Source: Paraspadella gotoi | Taxonomy: Eukaryota; Animalia; Chaetognatha | Direction of reading: 5' to 3' | Length of the DNA stretch: 64,000 nt | Assembly (NCBI GenBank): GCA_051294375.1 | Contig: CM119263.1 | Coordinates: forward strand, 6,983,645 to 7,047,644 | Notes under the pieces: generated by a model | Database searches by the model: none | What the model was told of the DNA's origin: nothing | The model's input: the letters and a program-made list of their open reading frames with translations, nothing else | In this document: one piece after another, positions 11,545-25,500 of the stretch | Position numbering within the stretch: position 1 is the first letter of the stretch | How the letters are laid out: every line of letters begins with the position of its first letter | Position numbers and translations under genes: made by a program

Positions 11545-12696
11545 TTGGTTACAGAGAAGGGGCTGAACGGGGAAGGTCCCCATCAGTCGGTGTTAGACCG
11601 ACGATGAAAATGACAAAATGATATTTTTTTCATTTTTTTATCTTTTTTTTATGCTGAGCAACGATTGCGACGACTCATCGAGACCAAAACAAAAGGCGCG
11701 AACGAAAAACAGGGACGCCGGACGGAAGCAGAGAAAAAAAGCAGAAAGGGAAAACAAAAAAAACAGAGCAATGAAACGGAAGAGATAAAGAAATGAGAAC
11801 GAAGAGAAAACGGAGGAAAAATGAGGAAGGAAGAAGAAAAAATTTCTGAGAAAAATAGGAAAATATGAAAGATTATATTTTTTTGATTAAGGCTGAGAAA
11901 CAGAACGCGAACGTGCGACATAATCTTAGGAGATGAAATTGGCTTCTATTTGTAATGTTTTTTAAAGGGATTTCTGAGAAATCCCTCAGCGAAAAGAGAA
12001 GCGGATTTGGAGGATGATTGAGGAATCCAGAAGCAAGCATCACGAGCGCCGCTTCGTGTGGGCGGAAAAGACGATCGGCGTCACAAGCGGTCGACGGGAT
12101 GAATCGACGGAATTGAGGATCGTTGGCGGCGTCGATAGCGCCGGCGTAGTGAGCGGCTTTGTCGGTGGAGGCGTCGTCTTCGTCGTCGTCGTGGTCGTCG
12201 TACATTAAATCCGCTACGACGCCGAAGAAATTATCCGATCGCTCGATTTGCCGAAAATATGGATTATGACGTTCGGAGCGCGATGACGACGGCGACAACA
12301 ACAAAACATTAGGCAAAATCGAAACAAAACATAACAAAGAAAAGGTTAGTTGGTCAGTTAACCTGACTACGAGACGTTCCGGTGATTAGTTTAAGGTCAG
12401 ATCTGTTGATCATCGTGGTCCTCGTCGCTATCGTCGTCGTCATCGTCGTCGATTGTGCTGCTAGACTCTTACGTCACAATGACAAACATGGGGAGGACGA
12501 CGACGACGAAGACGACGACGACGACGACGATTCAATCGGCGAGTTAGAGTTACGTCATCAATGACGTAACTGTAACTCGCCGCCGACTCGGTGGGCAAAA
12601 CCCATTTCAACCCCCGACGAAAGAAAGACCAGTTTGTCTGGGATAAAAAAAAAAGGGAGGAAAAGAGGAGATGAGTAGAGAAAGGAGGAATTGTGG

Positions 12697-12966
12697 AATG
12701 TGTGGGGAGGTTGGGCTAAGATGGTGAAACATGACAAAGTGTTTAGAGTTAATGTGTGGGAAGGCTGGGCTAAGATTGTGAAACATGACAAAGTGTTTAG
12801 AGTTAATGTGTGGGGAGGTTGGGCTAAGATGGTGAGACATGACAAAGTGTTTAGAGTTAATGTGTGGGAAGGCTGGGCTAAGATTGTGAAACATGACAAA
12901 GTGTTTAGAGTTAATGTGTGGGAAGATTGGGCTAAGATGGTAAAACATGACAAAGTGTTTAGAGTT
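12697..12966. repeat. 54-bp minisatellite, 5 copies
   Basis: Unit AATGTGTGGGRAGGYTGGGCTAAGATKGTGAAACATGACAAAGTGTTTAGAGTT starts at 12697 and 12751 and continues with period 54. Confidence 0.92.
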
Positions 12967-14334
12967 AAAGAAAGAAGGAATGGAACTACAAGAATAGTAG
13001 GGATGGACCGTCTCGTTCCAACGAGAAAGAATTCAAAAAGAGATGTTATAACTAAACAACGATTGAAATAATAGTAAAAGATATACTATTTTAACGAATA
13101 GATGTATGTACAATCAAAGATGGCGACTGAACATGGAAACGAGACAGATGACAAAACAAAAGATCAGAGGTTAGAGAATTAGAAGTAAATCTGAAGATGG
13201 CGACAGATGACGAAACAAAAGAGCAGAGGTTAGAGAATAGAGAATTAGAAGTTAGCCTGAAGATGGCGACCGAAAACGAAGATAAAAATCATTAGACGAA
13301 GACAAAGTTTATCCTGAGGCTCAATGACAAAATATGACCGAGAGACCAAAAGGCCAGGCCGTCCGAGAGCTAAAAAGGCCAAGAGACATTAGTAAAGGGG
13401 CGAAAGGCACACAAGCAAACAGGCCATATTGTGCAAGAAAAGTCAGAGCAAATAGCTAGTACGTAGCTAGTATTTTTTAATTTCAAATCCATGGCTTGAA
13501 AAAGTTTCTTGACGTTTAGCGTTTTATCGAGAAAGTCGACAAAGATTTCATCGTCATAAAAAAGAAGCTTTTTTGGCCGCCGTCCGTTTGTCAGGACGTC
13601 CGTTTATCCGCCCAACCTCCCTCCGTCCGTCCGTCCGTCCGGAGTCCATGATCCTGTTTCTCAACGAGGGCCATTTTCCTTTTTCTCCAAGATAGAGGCT
13701 CACCCTATCACCAGAACCTCTCTCTGCCGGGCTTTGCTGCTTCCGTCGCTCTCAACGCCTCATCCTCCCCTCGTCGTCCCTCCTCTTCATCCCGGAGTCA
13801 CGGATAGAGTCTTGGAGATCGAGCAGTCTCTCTCTCAACCTCTCTCTCGTCTCGGGTCTGCAAACCTTCTCTCCTTCTTCGTCCTTTATGTACCCTTGAT
13901 ACCCTTTGTTATATCTGTTTTTCCTATTACCATTACAATACTTACCTTACTTACCTCTTTTCCCTGATGAGAGACTAGATAGTACTACCCTTTAGCTAGA
14001 TACCATCTTCCCAGTTCTCCTTTTTTTTTTTGTCGTGTCCTGGCGAAAGATGCTTCGTTTTCGGTTGACCTTTGACCTTCGGCCTTCGCGCCCGTCCGTC
14101 GCCACATCATGCACGACCACCGCCTTCCTCTTCTCGCTTCGACTACAATCTTCCCTTCCTCCCCCCCCCCCCCTTCCCCCCTTTCTCGGCTCTGTGAGGT
14201 CGAAATCCCAACCATGGGACGAAAGAAATGAGAAGAGAATCTGGAAAAAGGGAGAGATCGAAAAGTTCAAGGAAGAATGAGAAGATGAGGAGGAACGAAG
14301 CGGCGGGAGTTGGGAAATTTGGAAGGGAGGTGTG

Positions 14335-14405
<71 letters not shown>

Positions 14406-15361
14406 GAGAGAGAGTTAGTAGGAATGAGATGAATAGGTTTGATAATACAAAAAGTATTTATACAAAAATATAAATTATTGTATACAGATGAAACAGACAG
14501 TAAATAAATTCATAACGCATATTTGAAAGATAAGAAAGAGTTACACAAAAAATTGGCAAAAGACAGAAGAAAAAAAGCAAAAGGAAAAAGCTAAAGAAAA
14601 AAAGCAAAAGGAAAAAGCTAAAGAAAAAAGTGAGCTTCTGATTCGTCGGATTCGCGTTTTGGACCCAAAATCGACTTTCGAGGATAAAAAAACGAAGTCA
14701 ATGGATTTTTGAAAAGATGACGACGACGACGACGAAGATAGAGTTATGACGTTAGTATTCGACGATTTTGAGGATCGTAATTAATTTCCCGAACGAACTT
14801 CGAGACTGACGTTCGTTCCTAAAAAAAGACACTCCGACAATCCAGAAGAGGACAAAGACTACGACTACAACAACGACAAATAAAAAGGCGAGTCGAACGA
14901 CAAAATCAATTGCTAAAAAATATATGTTCAAAGAAACGACAAAGCTGAGACAAAGGCAGAAACAAAGGCAGAACCAATCTAACAGGCGAAGGAGAGCAAT
15001 CTTCGTTGAATCGCAAGAAGCGAAGACTGCGAAGGTTGCAAGAACAATGCAATGCAATACATGACAGGAGGGGTGGCGGTTAGGAACGTGGCGAGGGGAC
15101 ACTGAAAATGGAAGTCAAGTTGTGGCGAGGGCGAAAGCAGAGAATGAGAACTAATTCAAGAGTGGCGAAGAAAGGAGCTCCCTTCATTCTCAACGGTCCA
15201 TTGCCCTATTGCATTTCCACCATTGCCTCCGTTGCCTCCAATGCCCCATTGCTCCACTTTCTTCGTAGACGGAATCGAATGCTGACGCGACAGTCTGAAA
15301 TCTTCACGAGGTTCAAGACTTGAGGACAATCGAGGCAGGGGACGAGGAAAGCGGGAGAAGG

Positions 15362-15481
<120 letters not shown>

Positions 15482-16005
15482 CTTAACGAAGATCCTTAAG
15501 ACAAGAATAAAGTAAACGTAAACTCGAAAAGAAAGAGTCAATACTAATAGTTGTAGTCGTATTAGTTAACGACCAGTTTAAAACCTAACTTAATTTGAAT
15601 CATTGTACAGAAAATAGGGAGAACAAGAGTTTGGGAACCGTAGGAAAAAAAATGGAGAAAGAGAGAAAGAGAAGAAACGAGTAGGGAAAAACAGCGAGAG
15701 ACTGATGGGCCTTGGGAAATTAGGAAATGAAGGAGCGAGCGAAGAAAAACGACCGANNNNNNNNNNNNNNNNNNNNNNNNNNNNNNNNNNNNNNNNNNNN
15801 NNNNNNNNNNNNNNNNNNNNNNNNNNNNNNNNNNNNNNNNNNNNNNNNNNNNNNNNNNNNNNNNNNNNNNNNNNNNNNNNNNNNNNNNNNNNNNNNNNNN
15901 NNNNNNNNNNNNNNNNNNNNNNNNNNNNNNNNNNNNNNNNNNGAGTGAGAGAGAGAGAGAGAGAGATGAGAGAGGAGGAGAGAGAGAGAGAAGAGAGAGG
16001 AAGAC

Positions 16006-16043
<38 letters not shown>

Positions 16044-16070
16044 AGAGAGAAGAGATATAGAGAGAGAGAG

Positions 16071-16111
<41 letters not shown>

Positions 16112-17340
16112 ATGCGCGAAATTGCGAAGAGTCGAAAGATTCTTTGAAATTCACGATTTTAACTTCCATGCAGAGGAATTCGAGCGAAAAGGCAACTTGC
16201 TTGGAATCCAAGTTCAGGTTTAAAATCCATCCACTCTCTTAAAATCAGTTCTCATGGTTACAATCTAGGGACATTCTTAAAATCGATGGCAATCGGCGCT
16301 CATCCAATGTTTAAAAAAAGAAGAAGAGAAATTGCTGATATTTATAATCGCCATTCGTTTTCAAAAACCACGACATTAAACCGAAGCGCATAATAATGGC
16401 CACATTTCCAAGGAAACTAGCACTAATCTGTTTTTTTGGAAATCTACTCCCCTTTTTTAAAATCGAGGCTCTCACGTTCCAAATCCTCGTTCACTTTTAA
16501 AAACCGGCGGAGACGACGCGCGCTTTCTTCTCACGACGATTTAACGAGCGCGCACGCTATTGTCTCGGGTCTAATCGTTCGCACGCACGCGCTAATCGAG
16601 TTGCACGTGGCCAACATCACGGAGCACGCAAAAGAGTCTTGGGTTCCTCTTCGCGATGGAATCGTTTGAGAAAGAGAACGGCGCGATACGAAACAATTGT
16701 AGAAGAAATCGGGCGATTTAGTTTAAATCGGACCTTGGAGAAAAATTAAACGTGGAATTTAGGTTTTAACGTGTTCGGTAAATACAGATGATTTGCTGCA
16801 GTGAATTTTTATTATTAGAACCTGGATTAATGGCAAAATGGAAGTAAAATTTAAAAAAAAAATATTTTCGCGCGCGATTTGCACGTACGAATATTTTTGA
16901 GGGTCAAATTCGTTGTTCGTTTTAGAAGATAATCATCAGACAAAAAAAGGATTTCGTTTGTTTGTTTATATATCGACGGCTTGTGTGAACGACAATATGG
17001 AGAAAGAATTCAAAACAATCCGGGGACAAAACATTTTTTTATGCTTTTTATTTTTTTTGAAACACGAAACTTCCCTAAAAAAAATTAAAATAAAAATCCG
17101 ATGCTCCGCTCTTACTCCCGTCCCGAATAGAGCTCTATAGTGCGTTTCGTACATTGCGGAGAGAGAGAGAGAGAGAAGAGAGCGAGAGAGAGAGAGAGAG
17201 AAGAGAAAGAAGAGAGAGAGAGAAGAGAGAGAGGAAAAGAGAGAGAGAGAGAGAGAGAGAAGAGAGAGAGCGAGAACGTTCTTTGGCTGTTCATTTCGTT
17301 TCATTGCTTTATCCACATCCGCGTGGGTCTTAACACACTT

Positions 17341-17374
<34 letters not shown>

Positions 17375-19088
17375 TCGTGCTCTCGCGTCTCCTCTCATCN
17401 NNNNNNNNNNNNNNNNNNNNNNNNNNNNNNNNNNNNNNNNNNNNNNNNNNNNNNNNNNNNNNNNNNNNNNNNNNNNNNNNNNNNNNNNNNNNNNNNNNNN
17501 NNNNNNNNNNNNNNNNNNNNNNNNNNNNNNNNNNNNNNNNNNNNNNNNNNNNNNNNNNNNNNNNNNNNNNNNNNNNNNNNNNNNNNNNNNNNNNNNNNNN
17601 NNNNNNNNNNNNNNNNNNNNNNNNNNNNNNNNNNNNNNNNNNNNNNNNNNNNNNNNNNNNNNNNNNNNNNNNNNNNNNNNNNNNNNNCAGCGGAAGAGGA
17701 AAAGAAACCGTAAAGGAACTCGACACAAATTCCAAAAGATTTAAATCGAAAATGAGATTAAATTTACAATGAAAAAATCCTACATCTCCAGTAAATTTTA
17801 TCGTTTCTTTTCCTAATTGTTCGTTCTTTTCGTCCTAATTGTCGTCGTCAGAGTCGTCGTCGGTGACGTCATCGCTTGCAAGGAGAAATTGATGCCGACG
17901 CTGCCGCGGCTGCCGCTGATCTGCGGCGGCGGCAGAAGCAGAAGCAACATCGTCCCTTCGCCTTTGGATTTCTATTGTGTCATCGCACATGGGAAACGGA
18001 GGGGCACAGAAACAGATGACGACGACGACGACGAAGACAGCGACGACTATTAGAACGACGAGAACGAAAAAGGTGACGTTGAGTCTGCCACAGACGACGA
18101 CGACGACGACGAATGAACGAAATGGGTCTAACTCCCAGATTCCTCCCAGGAAAGAGAAAGTGCAAGGAGTGGAGAGAGAATGGAAAGAGGGAAAAAGCGT
18201 AAGTCAGAAAGGAAAAAAAAAAAAAATAGAGAAACCGAGAGAAGTAGAAATCAGAAGTTAAATCGTAAAAATTAAAAGGAGAAGACTGAAGAGATAAAAT
18301 AAAATAAAGAGTAAATTAAGAGTAAAGGGAGACAAAATATCATTAGCTTGGGAGAAGATAGAAAATGGAAGGATATTGCGAGACAAAAATAAAGACTGCA
18401 CGTGTAAAAAAGATTAATGCTAGTATGTAGAAACAAATAACAGGTCAATCAAAAAAATAATAAAACATAAAAAAAAGGCTCAAAGTCAAACTATACATTT
18501 ATGTCTAGAAAGAAAAAAAAAGAAAAAAGAGAAAAAAAAATAGTAATAAGAATTAAGAAATAGAAAAAAAAGGGAAGATTCTGTTATTTTCATTTGTAGT
18601 CTTACTTCGATAAATTAAAATAAAAATAAATACTAATTTACATTTTCTATATATATAGTATGTATGTACCAAAGTACCTCATCCAATCTCAACTAAAATC
18701 TATGTATTTATCCTAGTATGCATATATATCTCATCTCGGGATCTCTGTAATCGTGGCAACGTCACATCAGCGACGCCCACTGCGAAACAGCCCCGCCGTT
18801 CCTCTCCGCTCCCTGGGGCCTAATATCGCCCCTACCGCGCCATTCCGGTCGCCCTTGGAGAAAAGGTCGCGCCCGGCCTCGCCCTCACGATCGTCACCGA
18901 TTCGAAAATGTTGAGACGCGGAAAAACAAAAGTGCATCGATTCGCAGAAAAAGAGAAGAGACGACGAAGATCGTAAGGATGAAACTTTGCGTCGTGAATA
19001 TTAAAACAATCGCGGTTTATGTCAAAAGTGGAAGAATTCAAGGGTGAATGAAGGAATAAAAGANNNNNNNNNNNNNNNNNNNNNNNNN

Positions 19089-20900
19089 TATAAGATATGA
19101 ACAAATATTGGTCTTGAATGAAGAGTGAATGAAAGAATAAAAAGAATGAACAAATTATTCGGTTTAACCTATGTAAAGGATGAATGCACAAGGAAATAAA
19201 AAGATAAACAAATATTCGGTTAACGAATGAAAGAGTGTAATGAATAGAATAAAAAGATTATGAACAAATATCGTCGTTAACTACATGAAAGATCGATGAA
19301 AAAAACGATGTAAAAGGACATCAGCGTAAGGTCGGACATCCAGCAATAAATTTTGAAGTTTGCAAAAAAATAAAATGACCTTCCACGGAATAAAATATCG
19401 GATTGGAAAAAGAAAGAAGGATGAGCATGGTAATGGATGGATTTTAATGTCGTAGATTTAACCATATTAAACACTCTCACTAAAATTTCTAAAGAAATTA
19501 TTACAAAAAAATAATTTTTACTATTGTCCTTAGACTCGTGGCAAACCGCTTCTCGTTGTATCCACGTCTGCAATTAAAAATTAAACTTCAATTTAATTAC
19601 AACTATTCTCAGTATATACGCCATATTTACGCATTGGTATACTGCATTAACGAGATAAAAAAAAAGTTAAACGTGATTAAACCCTGACAAATACGTCATT
19701 ATATAATGAGATAAAAATAAGATTAAAATAACATAAACTTTTTTTTTTAGGCGTCTAAGAAATGAGAACCTGGCCGAATCGTCCAGTGAAGGTTTTTTTA
19801 GGAAAGAAGAGGGACAACATTTTATTTGGGGAGGAGCGAGGAGAAGGAGAGAGAGAGAGGAGAGAGAGAGGAGGAGGAAGAAGGAAGAGAGAGAGAGATG
19901 CGGAGAGCAATTAGATGAAAACAAATACGATGTAAGACATCAACGATGCATTTCCGTCTTTTACCCAAAATTTCGCGTGACATCCTCGATGAGCTGGACG
20001 GATCAACTGCATGATTCTTGCAGTAGAAGAGGGAGGAAGAGCTAGAGGCGGAGAAGGAGAGAAGAGCGATTTTCGAGGGCATGCAGCAGAGATTCTTGCC
20101 GAGAGATATGAGAGAAGAGAGCAAGAGAGAGGATGGAGAGAGAGGCAGAAAAAGATGAGAAAGAGAAGAGAGCGATCAAACTATTACACTGCAACATTTA
20201 TTTTTCATTAAAATGGAACCTTTTTTTTTTTCCGCGGCAAATCAGACCGGACCATGATTAATCCGGTGACGTTTTTCACTTCTTTGGTTTCGAAATCAAT
20301 TTGAGTTCATGGCGGACGGCTCGCAGTAATAAAAGGGCGGCGGCGGCGTGGCGGCGCGGCGCGGCGGCGGCGGCGGCGCTCGGCCTGGCGGGCGCGCGGA
20401 CGAGCGGTGCGGCGGGTTGAGCGCAGCGCCCGATGAGAGCACTGCTTGTTAATTTTCATCGGGGGAAGTGGACTTCTCGTTAGACGCGATGATGAGATGA
20501 GAGAGAGAGAGCGTTATGAGAGAGAGAGAGAGAGAGAGAAGACTGAGAGAACGAGGAGAACGGTGAGAGAAAGAAGAGAGAGTGAAAATTGGCCACCAAG
20601 AGATTCAGTAATAACAATAACTTTCAAGTCATCAATTTACTCCGCTAAATAATCTTCAAACTTCAAAATGAAATTACACAATGATTTTATGTTCACAACT
20701 ATAAAAATTTTTTTAAATATAAAACTATAAATTAGAATCCAATGTTTTGCCGGTAACCAATAACATATTCTAATATTAATATAGGATAACATAAAAATAT
20801 TAACAAAGTATTTAAATAAATTTAAATTTTACAATTTAGCAGTTTTAAATCATTTAAAAACATATAGCTTTAGCTTACCGATGCAATAATAGATTTTATT
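19089..20900 (+). other. Assembly artefact: noisy copy of ~21365-22870 following a 25-N gap
   Basis: Collinear landmarks (aaggtcggacatccagcaataaattttgaag, tgaccttccacggaataaaatatcgg, gcggcaaatcagaccggac, aaattggccaccaagagattcag) occur in both copies with indel noise. Confidence 0.88.
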
Positions 20901-21905
20901 GATTATAATTTCTCATAAACGATTTCCGTCCTATCTTCTCTGGTCTCTCTCATCGCTCCGTCACTCTGCCTCGCTCTACCTGTATACAACTTCGTCTGCC
21001 CCTATGAATAATGCTGAGCTCTCCATAACTGTCAAATATCGCTTCTCTGATAATCGCATTCTAATTTCATGTTTTTCTCCGTGAACTGCATCTAATTTTG
21101 GTGTCAGGTCCTCTTGTGTTCACTCAGGAGTATGGGTTACTCTGAGTCCGTGTTAGCGATTCCTTTGTATGAACTGATTTTAGCGTCGTTTTGTGATAGA
21201 GTGCTGGTCGGCCGGCAGCGATACAAGAAGACTTATCTTTAAAAAAAAAAAAGCGAATCACTCTTTTATGTTGGGGGATGCGTCGAACGGATATTTCATT
21301 TTCTCTCTCTCTTTCTCTCTCTCTCTCTCCTCTCTCTCTCTCATCTCCTTCTCTCTCTGCTCTCTTGAATGAAAGAATAAAAAGAATGAACAAATATCGG
21401 TTAACTAATGAAAGAGTGAACGAGTGAAAAGACATCAGCGAAGGTCGGACATCCAGCAATAAATTTTGAAGTTGCAAAAAAAATGACCTTCCACGGAATA
21501 AAATATCGGATTGGAAAAAAAGAAAGAAGGATGGACGGATGGATGGATTTAAGTACGTAGATTTAACCATATTAACACTCACTAAAATTTCTAAAGAATT
21601 ATTAAAAAAAAATAATTTTTACTATAGTCCTAGACTCGTGAAAACCGTTCTCGTTGTATCCACGTCTGCAATTAAAAATAAACTTCATCTAATTACACTA
21701 TTCTCAGTATATACGCAATTTACGCATGGTATACGATAACCGAGATAAAAAAAAAGTTAAAACGTGATTAAACCTGACAAAACGTCATTAAATGAGATAA
21801 AATAAGATTAAAATAAATAAAACTTTTTTTTTAGGCCGTCAGAAATGAGAACCTGGCCGACGTCCAGCTGAGTTTTTTAGAAAGAAGGGACAACATTTAT
21901 TTGGG

Positions 21906-21947
<42 letters not shown>

Positions 21948-22326
21948 GAGAAGAGATGCGCAGAGCAATAGAGAAACAAAACGATGAAGCATCAACGATG
22001 GCATTTCCGTCTTTTACCCAAAATTTCGCGGTGACATCCAGTGGCGTCGAGAGACTAGACGAATTTTCACATCAGCCCATGAATTTTCTTTTGCCTAGTT
22101 GAGAGAGAGAGACGCAAGAGAGAGAGATGGAGAACGAGGAGGAGTATGAGAAAGAGAAGAGGGATCAAACTTATAACTGCAAATTTTTTTTCTTAAAATG
22201 GAACCTTTTTTATTTCCCGCGGCAAATCAGACCGGACATGATTAATGTGACGTTTTTTCCACTTCTTTGGATTCAGAAATCAATTTGAGTTCATGGCGGA
22301 CGGCATTATGGCACGTAATAAAGGGC

Positions 22327-22358
<32 letters not shown>

Positions 22359-22479
22359 TAGCTCTGGCGGTGGTCGCGGCGGCGTGCGCGGGTTGAGCGA
22401 AGCGCCCGAGGAGAGCACTCTTGTTAATTTTCATCGGGGAAGTGGCATTTTCGTTAGCGCGATCTTGAGAGAGAGAGAG

Positions 22480-22528
<49 letters not shown>

Positions 22529-22539
22529 GGAGAAGAGAG

Positions 22540-25500
22540 AGAGAGAGAAGAGAGAGTGAAAAATTGGCCACCAAGAGATTCAGTAAACAATAATTTCAAG
22601 TCTCAATTTACTCCGCAAATAATCTTCAAACTTCAAAATGAAAATTACACAATTGTATTTATTGACAACTATAAAAATTTGTTAAATATAAAATATAATT
22701 AGAATCCAATGTTTTGCTAGTAACAATAAAAAATTTTGCATGAATATAAATTACTAATACGTATATCTCATAATAACTACAAAATAAATTTAAATTTACA
22801 ATTTAGCAGTTTTAAATCATTTAAAAACAATATAGCTTTAGTTACGATGAATAATGATTTATTAGTTGAATATAATTTTCAAGAGATATTTCGCATCGGT
22901 ATCAGCCCATCTCGTTCCCTTCCGCTGTTTCCATTTTTTTCAAAGAAGCTCGAAAATCGATTGTCTTTCTTAACGAATCTCATTTTCAAGGCCGAGAGTT
23001 TATCGAGTCGGTGGCCTTGAAACGGATGGGGTGGCGTTCGCTCCTATGTGATCGATAGGGGGTGAGGGGGGGTGACGGGTGCTGGTGACGGTTGTTTATG
23101 TGAATGGGTAACAGAGGGATTGGACGGACTGAGAATGGTAAAGAGGAGTGGACGGTGGTGATATGGGTTAAAAGGAATCAGTCAACGGTGTGGAATGCAA
23201 AGAGTGTTAAAAGTATAGTGAATGGTAAAGAGGAGTGTACGGTACGTGAATAGAAGAGGAGGACGGCTCCGGTGAATGGCGTAAAGAGGATGCGGGTGAC
23301 TGGCAAATGAGTAGCATGGGTAGCATGGGACAAAGAGGGAGTGACGGTGTTGATATGACAAAGAGTGAGTAGAATCTGAAAGGTTGAAATAGGCAAAAGA
23401 GAGGTTAAAGCGTGATAATAGGTAAAGAGGAAGTGACGGCGTCGGAAGGTAAACAAGGCCAAATCACGAGCTGTAAACGGTCATCTCAGGGGTTCGTGAA
23501 TGGCAAAGAGGGCGAGTGACGGGGTGTGACTGGCAAATAAGTGTAGTGTAATCCCGGTCAATTATCACTCGTGAATAGCAAGAGGGGTATGTGACGGTTA
23601 CCAGTCAATGAAGGAGTGACGGGTGAATGGTAAAGCATGATATATGATAAGTAATCAGCTAGACCGTGAATGCGGTAAAGTAACAGGCATAAGTAAATTG
23701 CCAATCCCTCGTTGAAAAGCCCTGTTCAATTTTTTAAAACGTTAATGCCGCATGTATCCGATAAGTATTAGAGAAGTCGAGATATCGTAATACACTCTAT
23801 TTGCTTAGCTTTATGTCCAAATATTGACAGCACGACTATCGACAGGACCTCATATAATAATGAGAACAAAAAAAGTTAAGACATATAGATTTTTTTCATA
23901 CGTATGAGTCTTTGTCAAAAATAGTAGATTGTTGCAAGTGATTCGCAGATTTATAAATTAATTTATTATTTCACATCTATTTGTTATGTCGTTGATTATT
24001 GATACAGATGATACATTATCACTTCGATCACCTTCATTGATCTCTAATTAAATATTGATAGCTTACTATAAATACAAGTTCCGGTTAGCATTCCGAGTTG
24101 ACTAGTAGCACTCATTCAAGCATCAGGCCTGTGTTGCGCTTGGTATACACTTTCGAATGGATTAATCATGGCCGGCGTTAAGCGCCCTGATGTCTTTCTG
24201 ATTTCTTAATGATGACTGTAATATAGAGTGGCTCAACCATGGGCGAGGGCAAAGCGCGGCCAACATTACGATATCAAAGTGAGCTGTAGAACCTCGCCCC
24301 GGATTTTTTGTTTGCTCACGAGCGCCATTGGGTCATAGCACGTGTTCAAACGCTCAGAATTAATTGACTCGCTATGAATTTGCTCTCCGTGGGTTTACCA
24401 ACTTACCAGTAACCCTTTTTCTATCAGATTGCCGACCAATATTACACTACGATAGTGCGGAAACCGCTGGATTTCTTTTAGTAGTGAACAGTGAGATTAG
24501 GTTGTTGAGTGGATCAATATCAGCTCGAGCTCGTGTAACTGTATATCTCTGAATATCCTCATGACGCTTACAAAGAAAAAAACTCAGCAAAAATTAAGCT
24601 CTCAACCATCCTCTATGCACTAAAGTGAGCGCGAGGCAGGGCGTGGACAGAGTGCTCCTCTCCTCGCTCCTCTCCTCATTGTTTTCTGTTTATATGGCAA
24701 AGATCATACACCGGACCAATTACAAATCTAAATGATCTGTATTAGAGGCGAGTGTCGTGAGCCCCCATATATGAAGTGATTGTTCGAAAGTGCTGTTGTG
24801 ATATATCATTCGGATAGTCGCGCTCAGCAGACTTGAGTAATAGAGGCGTCAGATTCGATGTACTGTCCTGAGATACGTGTATAGAGCTATTGTTGCGATT
24901 GCGATAGGGTATGTTCGTTTGACCGGAATTTTTACGAAGAGAATGATACACAGAGAGAGAGAGAAAGAGCAGAGGAGAGAGAGAGTGAGAAGATAGGATG
25001 TTTAAAATTATTGGCAATATACGATGTGCAAAGGCAAAGTACGGCAGTACCATTTCCATGAAAACTGTGACAGTGGCATTGACGCTTCTATAACTCGCAT
25101 TCAAGAAGAAGGAAGTGAAGATAGACAAGTGGTACAATGCTTGAGAGATCTAAAGCAATCATACCACTGAGTAAGTCCGTGAGAGGAGATTTGATAGAAT
25201 GAGTGAGCAGATAAGTCGCTGAAGAGCGCATTCGTGAAGAGATGATTAGATAATGCGAGAAGTCCCTGAGCTTTGCAGAGACAGGAGAAAGCTAGCCTGA
25301 GAGAGGAGCGAACGAGGAGAAATCGAACCCTATCCTTAAATGCGTGCGGCTAGTGCAGATTGTATCTCTCGGAGAGAGCAGCCGCTCAGCTGAATACCTC
25401 TCTCTGTTGAAATTGATGCGTAAGTGCTCGGTTGTTACCAGATTAGAGACGGATAATGCCGATGAACCTCCTGTACACTGATGATGTGAGAGATAGTGGC

